A DNA stretch of 64,000 nucleotides from a virus (taxonomy: Duplodnaviria; Caudoviricetes): positions 484 to 64,483 of the IMG/VR virus record IMGVR_UViG_2821032209_000001. One strand, 5' to 3'. The position numbers and the translations under genes were made by a program. The stretch's first letter is position 1. The number at the start of each line of letters is the position of its first letter. Below are positions 36,578 through 47,099 of the stretch, in pieces. Under the pieces are notes generated by a model. The model saw only the letters and a list, made by a program, of their open reading frames with translations. It made no database searches and had not been told where the DNA came from.

Positions 36578-36766
36578 CTAATAGCAACCCAACTGCGTTG
36601 CCTCGGCCTGCGCCTGTGCGCGCTCCGCTTCCAGCAATCTTGGGATGTTGGTCCGGCTAAGCAGTTGCTGGCATCTCAGTTCTTTGTTTGCCGGGTCAGA
36701 TGCCTTATTGCTGGCGCAACTGCTTATAGCCAGCATGATGGTGCAAATAGTGACGATGGCTTTCAT
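36578..36766 (-). CDS. Small lipoprotein (moron)
   Basis: MKAIVTICTIMLAISSC lipobox-type signal. Confidence 0.65.
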   Translation of the reverse strand: MKAIVTICTIMLAISSCASNKASDPANKELRCQQLLSRTNIPRLLEAERAQAQAEATQLGCY

Positions 36767-36791
36767 GTGTGTCCCCTCCTCGGTCAATTTT

Positions 36792-37100
36792 CTAAGTTAA
36801 TGGGTTAAAACCCGCACGCGCAATGGTGTTTTCTTCCGCTCGGATCGCGTCAGCTTTTTGATAGATTCGGGTTCTTAGAGCATCGAACAATCTGCCATCT
36901 TGCTCATATATGATGATGTCATTGAGCGTTCCCATGCCGCCATAGCAGTGCAGGATCCGTATCACGCCGTGAAAGTCAGAAAGTCTAATTTCTGAAGCGC
37001 CTTTTTCGAGCACACTTGCCCATCCGTGAACATTATGGGTACGCAATATTGCAACGATCTTATCTACATCGGAGCAAAGAGTTGCTAAGTCCGGGTGCAT
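36792..37100 (-). CDS. Hypothetical protein (moron; YGGMGTLND motif)
   Basis: 102-aa ORF opposite the tail operon. Confidence 0.65.
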   Translation of the reverse strand: MHPDLATLCSDVDKIVAILRTHNVHGWASVLEKGASEIRLSDFHGVIRILHCYGGMGTLNDIIIYEQDGRLFDALRTRIYQKADAIRAEENTIARAGFNPLT

Positions 37101-37114
37101 CGCAAATTCTTTCG

Positions 37115-37411
37115 CTATAACGTCGGTTCCTTCACGCGAGATCCTGATCTAGCGCCGTCCGCCCCCGTGGCAAAGCCTTCGAAATCACGACCGATAGTAA
37201 TCAGCGGCAGCGAAGCCAGTGATGCGAAACCGCCAATGATTAGCAGCGCATACGACATGACCATACTTTGACTGTAATAGCCGCCAAATTGCACGTTCTT
37301 CGCGACCCTCGCGAGCAGATCCCAGTAGCCATACGCGGACACCAAGGGGCCGGCAAACAGGAACGCGATTCCTAACCAGCCCAACCCATTAAATCTCTGT
37401 TCTATTTTCAT
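37115..37411 (-). CDS. Two-TM membrane protein (moron)
   Basis: Two hydrophobic segments; sits immediately before the tape measure gene. Confidence 0.6.
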   Translation of the reverse strand: MKIEQRFNGLGWLGIAFLFAGPLVSAYGYWDLLARVAKNVQFGGYYSQSMVMSYALLIIGGFASLASLPLITIGRDFEGFATGADGARSGSRVKEPTL

Positions 37412-37423
37412 AGGTGCCCCATC

Positions 37424-39841
37424 ATGGCCACTAACCTTGAATCCCTTGTCGTTCAATTTTCAGCCGATTTCAAGCGGTTGGAGAACGCGATCAATCGGCA
37501 GCGTGGGCAATTCACGCGCCAGATGGGCCAGATGGAGAAGTCAGCAAACGCAAGCGTGCAGCGCATAAATGCGGCGCTTGGAAACATCGGCAAGGGCACG
37601 ATGCAAGACCTCGCTGCTCCCCTAACCGGCATTACTGCCGCATTGGGCACGCGCGAGTTGATGCAATATGCGGATGCTTGGACGCAGGCTGGAAACCTCA
37701 TTCGTTCGTCAGCGACGGCAGCTGGTGTTGGCGCACGTTCGCTGAATGAGTTGAAGGGCGGTGCGAACGAAGCTCGGACAAGTCTCGAAGCCTATACTGA
37801 CCTATATGCTCGGCTGATCAGATCGGCCTCCGCCGTAGCCAAGTCGGAAGACGAGATTGCTTTGGCAACGTCGCTTGTCTCGAAAGCCTTTAAGGCTGGC
37901 GGTGCGTCCGCACAGGAACAAGCTGCTGGCATTCTCCAGCTCGGGCAAGCTTTGGGTTCTGGCGTGTTGCAGGGCGATGAACTCCGGTCGTTGCGTGAAA
38001 ACGCTCCGGTCATTGCGAAGGCAATTGCTGACGAGTTTAAGACCACGATCGCAGGCTTGAAGCAGCTTGGCGCCGATGGGAAACTGACGTCCGATCGCGT
38101 GTTCAAGGCTATCCTGAATGCACAAAAGGGCATTGAGGCTCAGTTCAAGGCCACCAACGCGACTATTGCCGACGCCTTCACGCAGATTAATAACGAGTTT
38201 ACCGCTTATATCGGCAATGCCGATAAGTCAGCTGGCGCGAGTAGGCAGATGGTTCAGGCGCTGCAGTATGTTGCTGATAACTTCAAAGAAATAGCCGACG
38301 TTGTTGCAGCCTTTGCGACCGTGCTGATTACCACGTTCACGGGGCGGGCAATCGCTGGCGTAGTCGTCGGACTTGGCCAGGCCGTTGTTGCATTGGGCTC
38401 GTTCCTGACCGCACTCCGCACAGGTACGAGTGTAGTTGCCGCCTTCAGTGCATCGCTTGGACCAATAGGCCTCTTGGCCGGGGCTGCGGCAGGTGCCGTC
38501 TATTTGCTCTACAACAATATGTCGTCTGGCGACCGTGCTGCGAAATCATTCAGCGATGCTGTCGACGAAAACAAGGTTGCGCTGGAAAATGCTGCTTCAG
38601 CTTCTCGTCAGTATCAGACTGAACTGACGAAGCAGATTAGTCTGCAGCTTGAAGCAGCCAAGGCGGCGTACACGCAGGCAAGCGCAGACGCCGACGCCGC
38701 CGACGAAAGAGCCAAAACATTCTATAGAATGACGGGTTTGAAATTCGAGCCGTTTGAATATGCCGCTGAAAGCGCTGGCAACAATGCTATCGCATTAGCC
38801 GGCGCGGTCGATAAGCTCGAAGTTCAGCAGAAGCGTGCCGAAAAGATCCTCGCCTCAACTCCATCAGGCTACGGCGGCGGTATCGCGACTACACCAGACG
38901 ACAAGAAGAAGGGCCGCACGAAGAAGACACCCGCCGAGCGGTTTGACGATAACATGCAGCGCGTCACCGACCGCACATCGGCTCTTGTCGCGGAGACTGA
39001 AGCGCAGCGTCAGATCAACCCGTTGATTAATGACTATGGCTTTGCCATGGAAAAGGCGCGCACAGAGCAGGAACTGCTGAACGCTGCCCAGAAGGCGGGC
39101 GTTGCGCTCACTCCTGAGCTGCGAGCGCAGATTGCCCAGACCGCCGATCAGTGGGCACTTGCGAGTGCGGAGGCTAATAAGCTTGCCGAGGCGCAGAACC
39201 GCATTCGGGAAAACGCCGAAGACATGGCGGCCTTTCAGAAAGAATGGGTTGGAGGGATTGCCAGCGATCTTTTGAACGGCGCTGACGCAGCGGAAATATT
39301 TGCCAACTCCCTCGGACGCATCGCAGACAAGTTTATCGAGATCGGCCTTGCGAACATTTTCGATACCGATAAAGGCGGATTCAATCTGTTTGGCGCATTG
39401 GGTGGCGTATTCCGTAAGAACGGCGGCCCGGTAAAGCGTGCTGGCGGCGGTATCGTTCGTGGTCCTGGCGGGCCGCGTGGCGATAAAATTCCGGCGATGC
39501 TGAGCGACGAGGAATTCGTCGTCAATGCGGCGGCTACAAAGCGCAATCGTGCCTTGCTGGAGGCCATTAACAGCGGCAGCGTTATTGGGCTTAAGGATGG
39601 CGGCTCACCTTTGCGCGCCCCATCCATGCCGATCCTGCGGTCATCTGTTGCGACGCAGCAAGCGCAATCCGGCATTGCCGACGTTCGTGTCTTTGTGGAT
39701 CGCGACGGCAACTGGCAGGCCGAGGTCGAACGCATCTCGCAGCGGAACGTGAAACAGGGGCTCACTGCTTTTGACAAAACAGGCGCCATGCGAACTGCAC
39801 GCGATCTACGGCAAGTCAATTCAAGGGGGCTGGCAAGGTAA
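37424..39841 (+). CDS. Tape measure protein
   Basis: 805 aa Ala-rich; QLGQALGSGVLQGDELRS; GPGGPRGDKIPAMLSDEEFV. Confidence 0.93.
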   Translation: MATNLESLVVQFSADFKRLENAINRQRGQFTRQMGQMEKSANASVQRINAALGNIGKGTMQDLAAPLTGITAALGTRELMQYADAWTQAGNLIRSSATAAGVGARSLNELKGGANEARTSLEAYTDLYARLIRSASAVAKSEDEIALATSLVSKAFKAGGASAQEQAAGILQLGQALGSGVLQGDELRSLRENAPVIAKAIADEFKTTIAGLKQLGADGKLTSDRVFKAILNAQKGIEAQFKATNATIADAFTQINNEFTAYIGNADKSAGASRQMVQALQYVADNFKEIADVVAAFATVLITTFTGRAIAGVVVGLGQAVVALGSFLTALRTGTSVVAAFSASLGPIGLLAGAAAGAVYLLYNNMSSGDRAAKSFSDAVDENKVALENAASASRQYQTELTKQISLQLEAAKAAYTQASADADAADERAKTFYRMTGLKFEPFEYAAESAGNNAIALAGAVDKLEVQQKRAEKILASTPSGYGGGIATTPDDKKKGRTKKTPAERFDDNMQRVTDRTSALVAETEAQRQINPLINDYGFAMEKARTEQELLNAAQKAGVALTPELRAQIAQTADQWALASAEANKLAEAQNRIRENAEDMAAFQKEWVGGIASDLLNGADAAEIFANSLGRIADKFIEIGLANIFDTDKGGFNLFGALGGVFRKNGGPVKRAGGGIVRGPGGPRGDKIPAMLSDEEFVVNAAATKRNRALLEAINSGSVIGLKDGGSPLRAPSMPILRSSVATQQAQSGIADVRVFVDRDGNWQAEVERISQRNVKQGLTAFDKTGAMRTARDLRQVNSRGLAR

Positions 39842-40452
39842 TGGCTGAACTTCTTCCGACTGGCCTTCGATATCAGCCGACTTTCCCGGTCCTGAATCGC
39901 CCGGTTTCCATGTCTCAGTACGGGGACCGGGCGATTTCAGCGATTGAGAACGGCGATCCTTTCTGGACTTGGACGGCCAAGATTACAGCGTTGACGAATG
40001 CCAAGCGCAATTTGCTCGAGGCGTTCATCGATCGCTGCCGCGGCGGTCAGGTTACGGTGCACTACACCCCAAAACACGTTTGCATTCCGCAAGCTTATTG
40101 GGGTGACGCTAATAATCCGGCAATCACCGGCACCGCTACGCTGGCTGCGATCAACGGCAACTCGCTCACCTTAAATGGCGCGGTGGTCGGATTGAAACTG
40201 AAGGAAGGCGATTTGGTCGGGTTTACGGTCGGCGATTACAACTTCATCGCCCGCATCGTTGCTGATGCCACAGCAGCCAGCACGAGCGTGCAGGTGAAGA
40301 TCGAGCCGTTTTTGCCGTCCTACATCACAGCGGGCGCGGCAGTTCGCTTCAAGAGCCCGGTGATGAACATGCGGCTAATGCCGAAGACGTGGGAAATTGG
40401 CGACGGCAAGTTTCCCGATGCGTCGTTTCAGTTGATTGAGGTGCCGAAGTAG
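39841..40452 (+). CDS. Distal tail-like protein
   Basis: Coupled to the tape measure gene; beta-rich. Confidence 0.7.
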   Translation: MAELLPTGLRYQPTFPVLNRPVSMSQYGDRAISAIENGDPFWTWTAKITALTNAKRNLLEAFIDRCRGGQVTVHYTPKHVCIPQAYWGDANNPAITGTATLAAINGNSLTLNGAVVGLKLKEGDLVGFTVGDYNFIARIVADATAASTSVQVKIEPFLPSYITAGAAVRFKSPVMNMRLMPKTWEIGDGKFPDASFQLIEVPK

Positions 40453-40458
40453 GCTTGC

Positions 40459-40692
40459 CTACCGTTGGCGCCGAGCGCGAATAGCACGAACCCAGGTGTT
40501 GTTGAACATAATGGCGCCTATGACCAATGCGACGGCGCCAAGGGTGATCATGCCGAAAGCTACGCCTTGGTCTCCGAACTGCTGATATAACCAGCCCGTT
40601 TTTTCTACTGCTTGGGCTGGATTTCCAAGGCGAAGAACACCTTGGATCAAGGCACCAAAACCGACAATCAACATGCAAACACTTCTAATCAT
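40459..40692 (-). CDS. Small two-TM membrane protein (moron)
   Basis: Hydrophobic; inserted antisense within the tail operon. Confidence 0.5.
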   Translation of the reverse strand: MIRSVCMLIVGFGALIQGVLRLGNPAQAVEKTGWLYQQFGDQGVAFGMITLGAVALVIGAIMFNNTWVRAIRARRQR

Positions 40693-40753
40693 GCCGGCCA
40701 GATATCAGCTGGGCGCGGTTCAATCCACCCTTTCGATGATTTGGCGGTAACTA

Positions 40754-41320
40754 ATGGCCTTCCCAGCACGTCTACAGCAATTGCTCGACGAGGGCAGGGG
40801 CAAGATTGCCTCAGCCGTCAAAGTCGAATTTGGCACCGGCACTTATGGCTTTTTCTCCGGAAAGGGAAGCGTGAGCTATGCTGGACTCACGTACAACGGC
40901 AACACCATCATCGACATCGACGAACCGATGTATGCGCTCGGCACCGCAGCCCAGCCAGTGACGATGCGCCTGCCTGCCGCTGCTGATTTCGGGCTTACGC
41001 CAGACAAGCTGAAGCTGATTGAGCAGGAAGACTACAAGAACCGTCCTGTCACGTTCTACGACTTCTATTTCGACCCGGACACAAGCGCTTTCCTTCACGC
41101 CGAGCCGACCTGGTACGGCTATGTCGATACTATCGACCACCGCGAGGAAGGCGACAATGTTTGGCTGGAAGGCAATATCGAGACCGGTGCAGTCGATAAT
41201 TTCCGCGAAGGCTATCGTTACGCCTCGCATGAGGATCAGCAGCTTGTTTCGCTAAGCGACATGCTTTTCGAGTATGCAGCGAGGATCAAGAATGAATTCT
41301 TCAAAATCAAATTCGGCTAG
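40754..41320 (+). CDS. Minor tail protein
   Basis: Position; SHEDQQ...D-x2-FEY motif of this tail-gene class. Confidence 0.7.
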   Translation: MAFPARLQQLLDEGRGKIASAVKVEFGTGTYGFFSGKGSVSYAGLTYNGNTIIDIDEPMYALGTAAQPVTMRLPAAADFGLTPDKLKLIEQEDYKNRPVTFYDFYFDPDTSAFLHAEPTWYGYVDTIDHREEGDNVWLEGNIETGAVDNFREGYRYASHEDQQLVSLSDMLFEYAARIKNEFFKIKFG

Positions 41321-41729
41321 GATCTCGGGTTGGGATCGGGCGCTGGAAGATATTGCGACGGCCCACGTATCCATCACTCCTGAATGGGGCGTCTCGGACT
41401 GCCTAATGACGGCGGCGGATGCGATCGAAGCGGTTATCGGTGAAAACCCGCTCGCCGAGTTTCGCGGCAAATACAAAACCGAAGTCGGCGCCGCTCGCAA
41501 GATGCGCGCCAATGGCTGCGAGAACGTCAAGGACGTATTCGAGAACTACCTCCAGCTTGAGCCCGTCAATAGACTCTTTGCCCGCCGGGGTGATGTCGGC
41601 GTGATGGTGATCAATGACGAATACGTCGCCGGGTTCATTTGCGGCTCTGGCTTTGCGGTCAAACAGCCGCATGGGCTTTCATTCTTTCCCGTGACCGAAA
41701 TCGAGCAGGCCTACAGGGTCGGAGAATGA
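41292..41729 (+). CDS. Tail-associated NlpC/P60-like (DUF6950-type) protein
   Basis: WGVSDCL...FRGKY...ARRGDVG. Confidence 0.7.
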   Translation: MNSSKSNSARISGWDRALEDIATAHVSITPEWGVSDCLMTAADAIEAVIGENPLAEFRGKYKTEVGAARKMRANGCENVKDVFENYLQLEPVNRLFARRGDVGVMVINDEYVAGFICGSGFAVKQPHGLSFFPVTEIEQAYRVGE

Positions 41730-41889
41730 ACCGTGGAAATCATTAAATCGAGATTATTGATTTTGGTTGGCTGTGGTGAAGACGCAAAATTTCTGATCTT
41801 CACAAATCCCAATGACTGCGAGCGTGAGTATCTCCGCCTCAAACGCCAGCTGAAATAGCCAGCACCACCACTACAATCAGCGCCTTTGA

Positions 41890-41916
41890 AGGTCCGTCAG
41901 CAGCGGGCCTTTTTTT
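41890..41916 (+). terminator. Terminator-like hairpin inside the tail operon
   Basis: AGGTCCG-N7-CGGGCCT-TTTTTT. Confidence 0.55.
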
Positions 41917-41940
41917 GTTGCGCCTGCATGAGGCCGCCGC

Positions 41941-44541
41941 ATGCCATTTTTAGCGCCTATCTTCACCGCTATCGGCGGCATCGTGTCGAGCGTGGCCGCA
42001 TGGGCCGCTGCCAGTCCGATCCTTGCCGGTATCGCTCAAACAGCCTTCGGCATTGCGCTTAAATATGCCGTCAACGCGTTATTCCCTCCCAAGACGCAGA
42101 GCCGAGCTTCTGAGCTGGAAACCCAATATGGGGCGAATATCCCGCGTTCGGTTATTCTCGGCACGTGCGCGACCGAAGGCCATCATATTTATCGCAACAG
42201 CTACGGTAGCGGCGGCAGGCTCATTCAAGATGTGTTCGTGCTGTCGAGCTTCCGCATCACGTCTGTGCCTCGTGTTCGCTACAACGGTGAGTGGCGCACG
42301 CTTATCGCGCAAGATGCCGACGGCTATTGGTTTGTGCCGAATGAGGGTACGAGTGGCGACGATCACGATAATGTCCGCGTCAAGTTCTTCTACGGCACGA
42401 TGGATCAGCCGGCCGAGCCGACACTGATCAATAATGCCCGCCCTGCTGGACGCTGGACTGTGAACCATCGTGGCGCAGGCGTTGCCTATGCCATCGTGTT
42501 TTCGGAGCTTCGCAAGAATGGCGATGGCCTGACCTCGCCCGCAAAGCTGTTATTCGAAGTCGTCGGCGCGCCGCTCTATGACTGGCGCAAAGACACCACT
42601 ATGGGCGGTGCGGGCGCTCATCGCTGGGACGATCAGAGCACTTGGGAGTATTCCGACAATCCCGTTGTGCAGATATACAACCTGGAGCGCGGTTTCTTCA
42701 ACGGCACTCAGCGCATGGTCGGCAAGGCTGTTCGTGCAAGTCGCCTGCCATTGGCTGAATACACCCAGGCGGCGAATATCTGCGACGAAGGCATGTCGGA
42801 CGGTTCGAAACGCTATCGCGCCCACGCGATTGCCAAGGACGGTCCCGGCGCCAACCACGACGCCAATCTGACGCCGATACTCGAAGCCATGTGCGGCTCG
42901 TGGGTGGAGCGTGTTGACGGCGAATTCCCGATTGCGGGCGCTCCGCAGGCCATCGTTGCAACCATCACCGACGCAGACATCAAGCGTGGCGCACCGCTTC
43001 GCTTCAGCGCGAAACGCAAGCGCACCGAGCTAATCAACACGGTCGCCGCCTCGTATGTATCGCCAGATGACTTCTATGAAACGAAGGACGCCGCAACCCG
43101 TATCGATGCCGGTGCACTGGCTGAAGATCGCGAAACGCTTGCCAGCGCCATTCCCTATGCAGCCGTCACTGACGTGCGGCAGGTAGACAGGCTGGCAGAC
43201 ATCGCAATCCGCGGGGCGCGCTATCAGGCATCAGCGGAAATCGTCGTCCATCCGAAGTTCCTTGATACGATCAAGGAAGGCCGGTGGGTTCGCTGGAACA
43301 GTAAGAAGTATGGCGACCGCACATTTCAGGTTCTGACGCGCCAGCTTGGCGGGATCAATACCGATGGCGCTCGCGATATCTCGCTGTCTTTGCAGCAGAT
43401 CAGCAATGGTGTGTTTGATCCGACAGCCTACGAAACCAACCCGCCAAACATCATCGTTATTCCACCACCGCAATATCTGGCCGAAGTGCAAAACTTCTTC
43501 GCCATTCCAATTGTTGTTGTTGCAGATGGACAAGGCGAACTGCCCGGTGTGCGGCTAATCTGGGATCCGATTGATGATATCTCGGTCGTCGGCGTCGATA
43601 TCGAATATTGGCCAGCGAACGACCCGTCGCAGGTGTTTACCAAGTTCGTGACTTGGGACGTAATCAACGTTCCAATAGTTGAAGGCCTGACCTCGCTGAC
43701 TGACTGGTTTGTCCGGACCCGCTTGCGCGTGGACAATGGCCGGTCGGTGGCTTGGTCAACGGAAACGCCGTTCACAACCCTCAAGGCGGCAGGCGATGAT
43801 AGCCCAGTCGATTATGAGCGCCTCGACGGTGACGTGAAGGGCCTCATCAACTGGATGACGGATGACCGGCGCGAGATTATTCGGCAAGCGCAGGAAAACG
43901 CCACCAAAACCGCTGACGGAATGCTGGCCGGTTATGCAGATAGTCGATCGCTTCGCCGCGAGATTGCCAGCACCTACGGCAAGGCAAAGGCATCGTGGTC
44001 GGAAGATATCTATGTCGCGACCGGGCCGAACAGCGCCATCGTGCAGCAGCTGACACAGCTGAACGCCGAGCTTGACGATAAGGCTGACGCCAGCGTGGTG
44101 ACACTTCTGTCTACGCGAGTGGATAATGTCGAGGGTCAATACACAGCTGTCGCAGATGCGATCACTGACGTGAACGCGTCGGTCGATGGAACGGTGGCAA
44201 ACTCCGGCTGGCGCATGACATCGACGGTTAGCGGTGGGGGCACATCGGCCAGAATATCGGCCTACGCTCGCATCAACACAGGCGACACTTGGAAACAGGC
44301 GGGCTGGTTTATCAACGTCACCCCGACGGGAAGTCAGTTTATCGTCGTGTCCAACCAGTTTGCCATTGCCGATCCGAACAATAACGGCACCTTCACCTAT
44401 CCATTCGTTGTGCAGAACGGGCAGGTCTACATTCAAAACGCCCGTCTCGGAACGCTTTATTTCGACGTGCTTCAGTCCAACAACGGCAAGATGATCATGC
44501 GCGGTTATGACAACTTGGCCGATCTGCGGATATTCACATGA
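41941..44541 (+). CDS. Tail tip / host-specificity protein (J-like, C-terminal DUF1983-like)
   Basis: 866 aa; PLYDWRKD...WEYSDNP; PFVVQNGQVYIQNA. Confidence 0.85.
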   Translation: MPFLAPIFTAIGGIVSSVAAWAAASPILAGIAQTAFGIALKYAVNALFPPKTQSRASELETQYGANIPRSVILGTCATEGHHIYRNSYGSGGRLIQDVFVLSSFRITSVPRVRYNGEWRTLIAQDADGYWFVPNEGTSGDDHDNVRVKFFYGTMDQPAEPTLINNARPAGRWTVNHRGAGVAYAIVFSELRKNGDGLTSPAKLLFEVVGAPLYDWRKDTTMGGAGAHRWDDQSTWEYSDNPVVQIYNLERGFFNGTQRMVGKAVRASRLPLAEYTQAANICDEGMSDGSKRYRAHAIAKDGPGANHDANLTPILEAMCGSWVERVDGEFPIAGAPQAIVATITDADIKRGAPLRFSAKRKRTELINTVAASYVSPDDFYETKDAATRIDAGALAEDRETLASAIPYAAVTDVRQVDRLADIAIRGARYQASAEIVVHPKFLDTIKEGRWVRWNSKKYGDRTFQVLTRQLGGINTDGARDISLSLQQISNGVFDPTAYETNPPNIIVIPPPQYLAEVQNFFAIPIVVVADGQGELPGVRLIWDPIDDISVVGVDIEYWPANDPSQVFTKFVTWDVINVPIVEGLTSLTDWFVRTRLRVDNGRSVAWSTETPFTTLKAAGDDSPVDYERLDGDVKGLINWMTDDRREIIRQAQENATKTADGMLAGYADSRSLRREIASTYGKAKASWSEDIYVATGPNSAIVQQLTQLNAELDDKADASVVTLLSTRVDNVEGQYTAVADAITDVNASVDGTVANSGWRMTSTVSGGGTSARISAYARINTGDTWKQAGWFINVTPTGSQFIVVSNQFAIADPNNNGTFTYPFVVQNGQVYIQNARLGTLYFDVLQSNNGKMIMRGYDNLADLRIFT

Positions 44542-46115
44542 CCCAGACATTCATTGGCTACAAACCGGGCGTCGGCCCGGTTCTGAAGTGCCTGAAATAT
44601 GACACTGACGATCCGCTGACATTGGCAAACACGGCATTTGATAGGTTCTTCTTCAATTCTGAGACGCAGAACCTGTCTTATGTTTTCCCGACGAACCCGT
44701 TTTTCTATCGTTCGGCAGAGCTAGCTGCGCTCCCGGCGACATTCAACATCACGAATGATCGGGGTAACGTCGTCATTTCTGGACGGACGGGAACGGCGAC
44801 AGGTTTCTACAATGTCACAACGTATTACCGAATAACGAACGCCTATCCGAGCATGGGCTATGTTCCGATGTCGGAGTTCAGACAGGTTGATTTGCTCACC
44901 AACCGAATTGAGTGCGGGTCTTTCCTTAGCTATTACGCCTTGGTCGGCTCGACCAATCATAACGTGGTGACGGCGCAGCAATTCTATACCGTTATGGGCC
45001 GATTGGTTGGAACGACGAGCGGGTCAACGACCTTTCCGACGGTCTACAACGGCATAATCTCTACGGGCGATCAGGGATTTGTCGGACTTGGGGAATGGTT
45101 CGTCTGGAAAAACCAGTTGATCTACACTGACAACAGAAACCCGAACGCCATTTATCCGAGTGTATGGGATTTGCCTGCCGACGCATCGGCTATGCGGACC
45201 TATACGACTGCTCCGGGTCTTCTGTCGCTGGAAGCAAGTTCCAGCCGTTTTGTGCTTTCCAGACCGGGCTATGATGTGAATACGACGAATGAGTTCGGCA
45301 CGATCATAAGCTCGAACAACCGTTCGCCGGCTCTCTGCGTCATGAACGGCACGGAAAACAATATCCCTGCAAATGGATCGAGAACAATTGCAGCACCTGC
45401 TGGTGTCATCCTCTCGCAAAGGGCGGTCGTTGACGTGATGTTCCGTGTCTCCGGTCAGACGTGGCGCGTACCTGGACTGCTGACCGATACCACGGCGGCA
45501 GGAACTTGGCGTTTGTCTTACACCGTGTCCAATAACAGCGTCACGTTCTACAATTCGGAGAAGGACGCTGTTGACCTGCGGTATGTCGTTTTCAACGTGG
45601 ATGACCAGCCGACATCGACGGGCGGCAATCAGGTCATCTTCCGTGGCAATGATGGATCGCGTGACTATGTTCAGATCAAGAAACCCGGCACAAGCGACCC
45701 TGCAAGCCGTCCGAACGATATCCTGTTTGACAGCCGGTATCCGCAATTCCAGATCATCGCGCAGGGCTTTATTCCGATATCGAGCTTTGGTGCAACGCAG
45801 CCTCCGACGACGATCGATAAAGGCGCAAGAACATATCGGCTGAACTTCAACAATGCCGGTTTCGTGCCTTACCTGAAATACTCAACCGTGTTTCCGAATT
45901 GTGTGACGACGCCGATCTATCGAGCCGAGCGCGGGGTTGATGTTTCGAACATATCCATGCTGGCCGAAGTGAATGACACCTATGTCGATTTCTACTGTTC
46001 GCCAGACAGCGGCTGGTCTGATGCTTTCAGCCAAGCTGGCAGTTGGACTCGCCTTGACTACGGCGCCCGTATTCAGGGTGTCCGATACTACATCTTCGGC
46101 ATAACGCCGAACTGA
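44538..46115 (+). CDS. Minor tail / receptor-binding accessory protein
   Basis: Beta-rich with repeated (S/K)(R/K)PG-x-D...D(S) modules. Confidence 0.65.
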   Translation: MTQTFIGYKPGVGPVLKCLKYDTDDPLTLANTAFDRFFFNSETQNLSYVFPTNPFFYRSAELAALPATFNITNDRGNVVISGRTGTATGFYNVTTYYRITNAYPSMGYVPMSEFRQVDLLTNRIECGSFLSYYALVGSTNHNVVTAQQFYTVMGRLVGTTSGSTTFPTVYNGIISTGDQGFVGLGEWFVWKNQLIYTDNRNPNAIYPSVWDLPADASAMRTYTTAPGLLSLEASSSRFVLSRPGYDVNTTNEFGTIISSNNRSPALCVMNGTENNIPANGSRTIAAPAGVILSQRAVVDVMFRVSGQTWRVPGLLTDTTAAGTWRLSYTVSNNSVTFYNSEKDAVDLRYVVFNVDDQPTSTGGNQVIFRGNDGSRDYVQIKKPGTSDPASRPNDILFDSRYPQFQIIAQGFIPISSFGATQPPTTIDKGARTYRLNFNNAGFVPYLKYSTVFPNCVTTPIYRAERGVDVSNISMLAEVNDTYVDFYCSPDSGWSDAFSQAGSWTRLDYGARIQGVRYYIFGITPN

Positions 46116-46132
46116 TCTCAGGAGAAAAATCT

Positions 46133-47098
46133 ATGGCTACTTTGTCCGACTATATGTCGGGAACGATTTCGCTCGCCAATGGATCAGTGACGGTAACCGG
46201 AACCGGCACGCTGTTCGAGGTGACACGGTTTCGGGAAGGCGACACGCTCCAAATCCAGAACCTGACGGCTGTGATTTCCAGCGTCGATAGCGATACGCAA
46301 CTGACGCTCGCTGAACCTTGGACCGGCCTCGATATTGTTGACGGCCCGTATCGTGCTCGCCAGCTTGGCGACGGCACTCGCGTTTCAACACAGGCTGCAA
46401 CGGTTATTCAATCGCTCGGCAATGGCGTCCTGACAAACCTTGCTGAACTCGGCGTCGAGGAAGGCAAGGTACCTGTTGGCGGGCCGACGGGTGAGTATGA
46501 GTTGACGGACTTGGTTCAGGACCCGAATGGAAGCCTTGCAAAACTGGCGGCGTTGACGCTGGCGGCGAACAAAATTCTAAATACAAATGGCTCGGGCAAT
46601 TTTACTCAGTCCGATATCACAGCAGCTGCTATCGCTCTTCTCAACCTTTCTGGGACGGCGGCAGCGGACCAATTGCCCTATCTGACTGGCGCAAGCGGAG
46701 CAGGGCTGACGACCCTAACGTCATTTGCTCGTACACTTCTTGCCGCTACCGGAGGGACCGCAGCTGTAGCAGCATTAGGGATAACGGTATCATCTTCATC
46801 CGGGAGTACAATGTCTCTCGTTTTTCCCAACGGCTTTAAGATTTGCATGGGCACAGTCACGCCTACAACGCTGAGCAGTGGTGGCTTCTATATTACAATG
46901 CCAGTTTCATTTACTAATATTCCAGTAGCTTGCTTAGTGATGCCCGGCGCGCTTGAGACAGCAAACAGGATTATCTATAGCAATTACCGAACAAACTGGT
47001 CGAACACGCAAGTATACGTGCACGCTTGGTATAGCTCTACCAACGCCGCCGCAGCATCAATTACAACACGTGTTGACTATTTAATAGCGGGGTTCTGA
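46133..47098 (+). CDS. Tail fibre protein (gp53-like C-terminus)
   Basis: GTISLANGSVTVTGTGT; LTSFARTLL; FPNGFKICMG...YLIAGF. Confidence 0.8.
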   Translation: MATLSDYMSGTISLANGSVTVTGTGTLFEVTRFREGDTLQIQNLTAVISSVDSDTQLTLAEPWTGLDIVDGPYRARQLGDGTRVSTQAATVIQSLGNGVLTNLAELGVEEGKVPVGGPTGEYELTDLVQDPNGSLAKLAALTLAANKILNTNGSGNFTQSDITAAAIALLNLSGTAAADQLPYLTGASGAGLTTLTSFARTLLAATGGTAAVAALGITVSSSSGSTMSLVFPNGFKICMGTVTPTTLSSGGFYITMPVSFTNIPVACLVMPGALETANRIIYSNYRTNWSNTQVYVHAWYSSTNAAAASITTRVDYLIAGF

Positions 47099-47099
47099 C

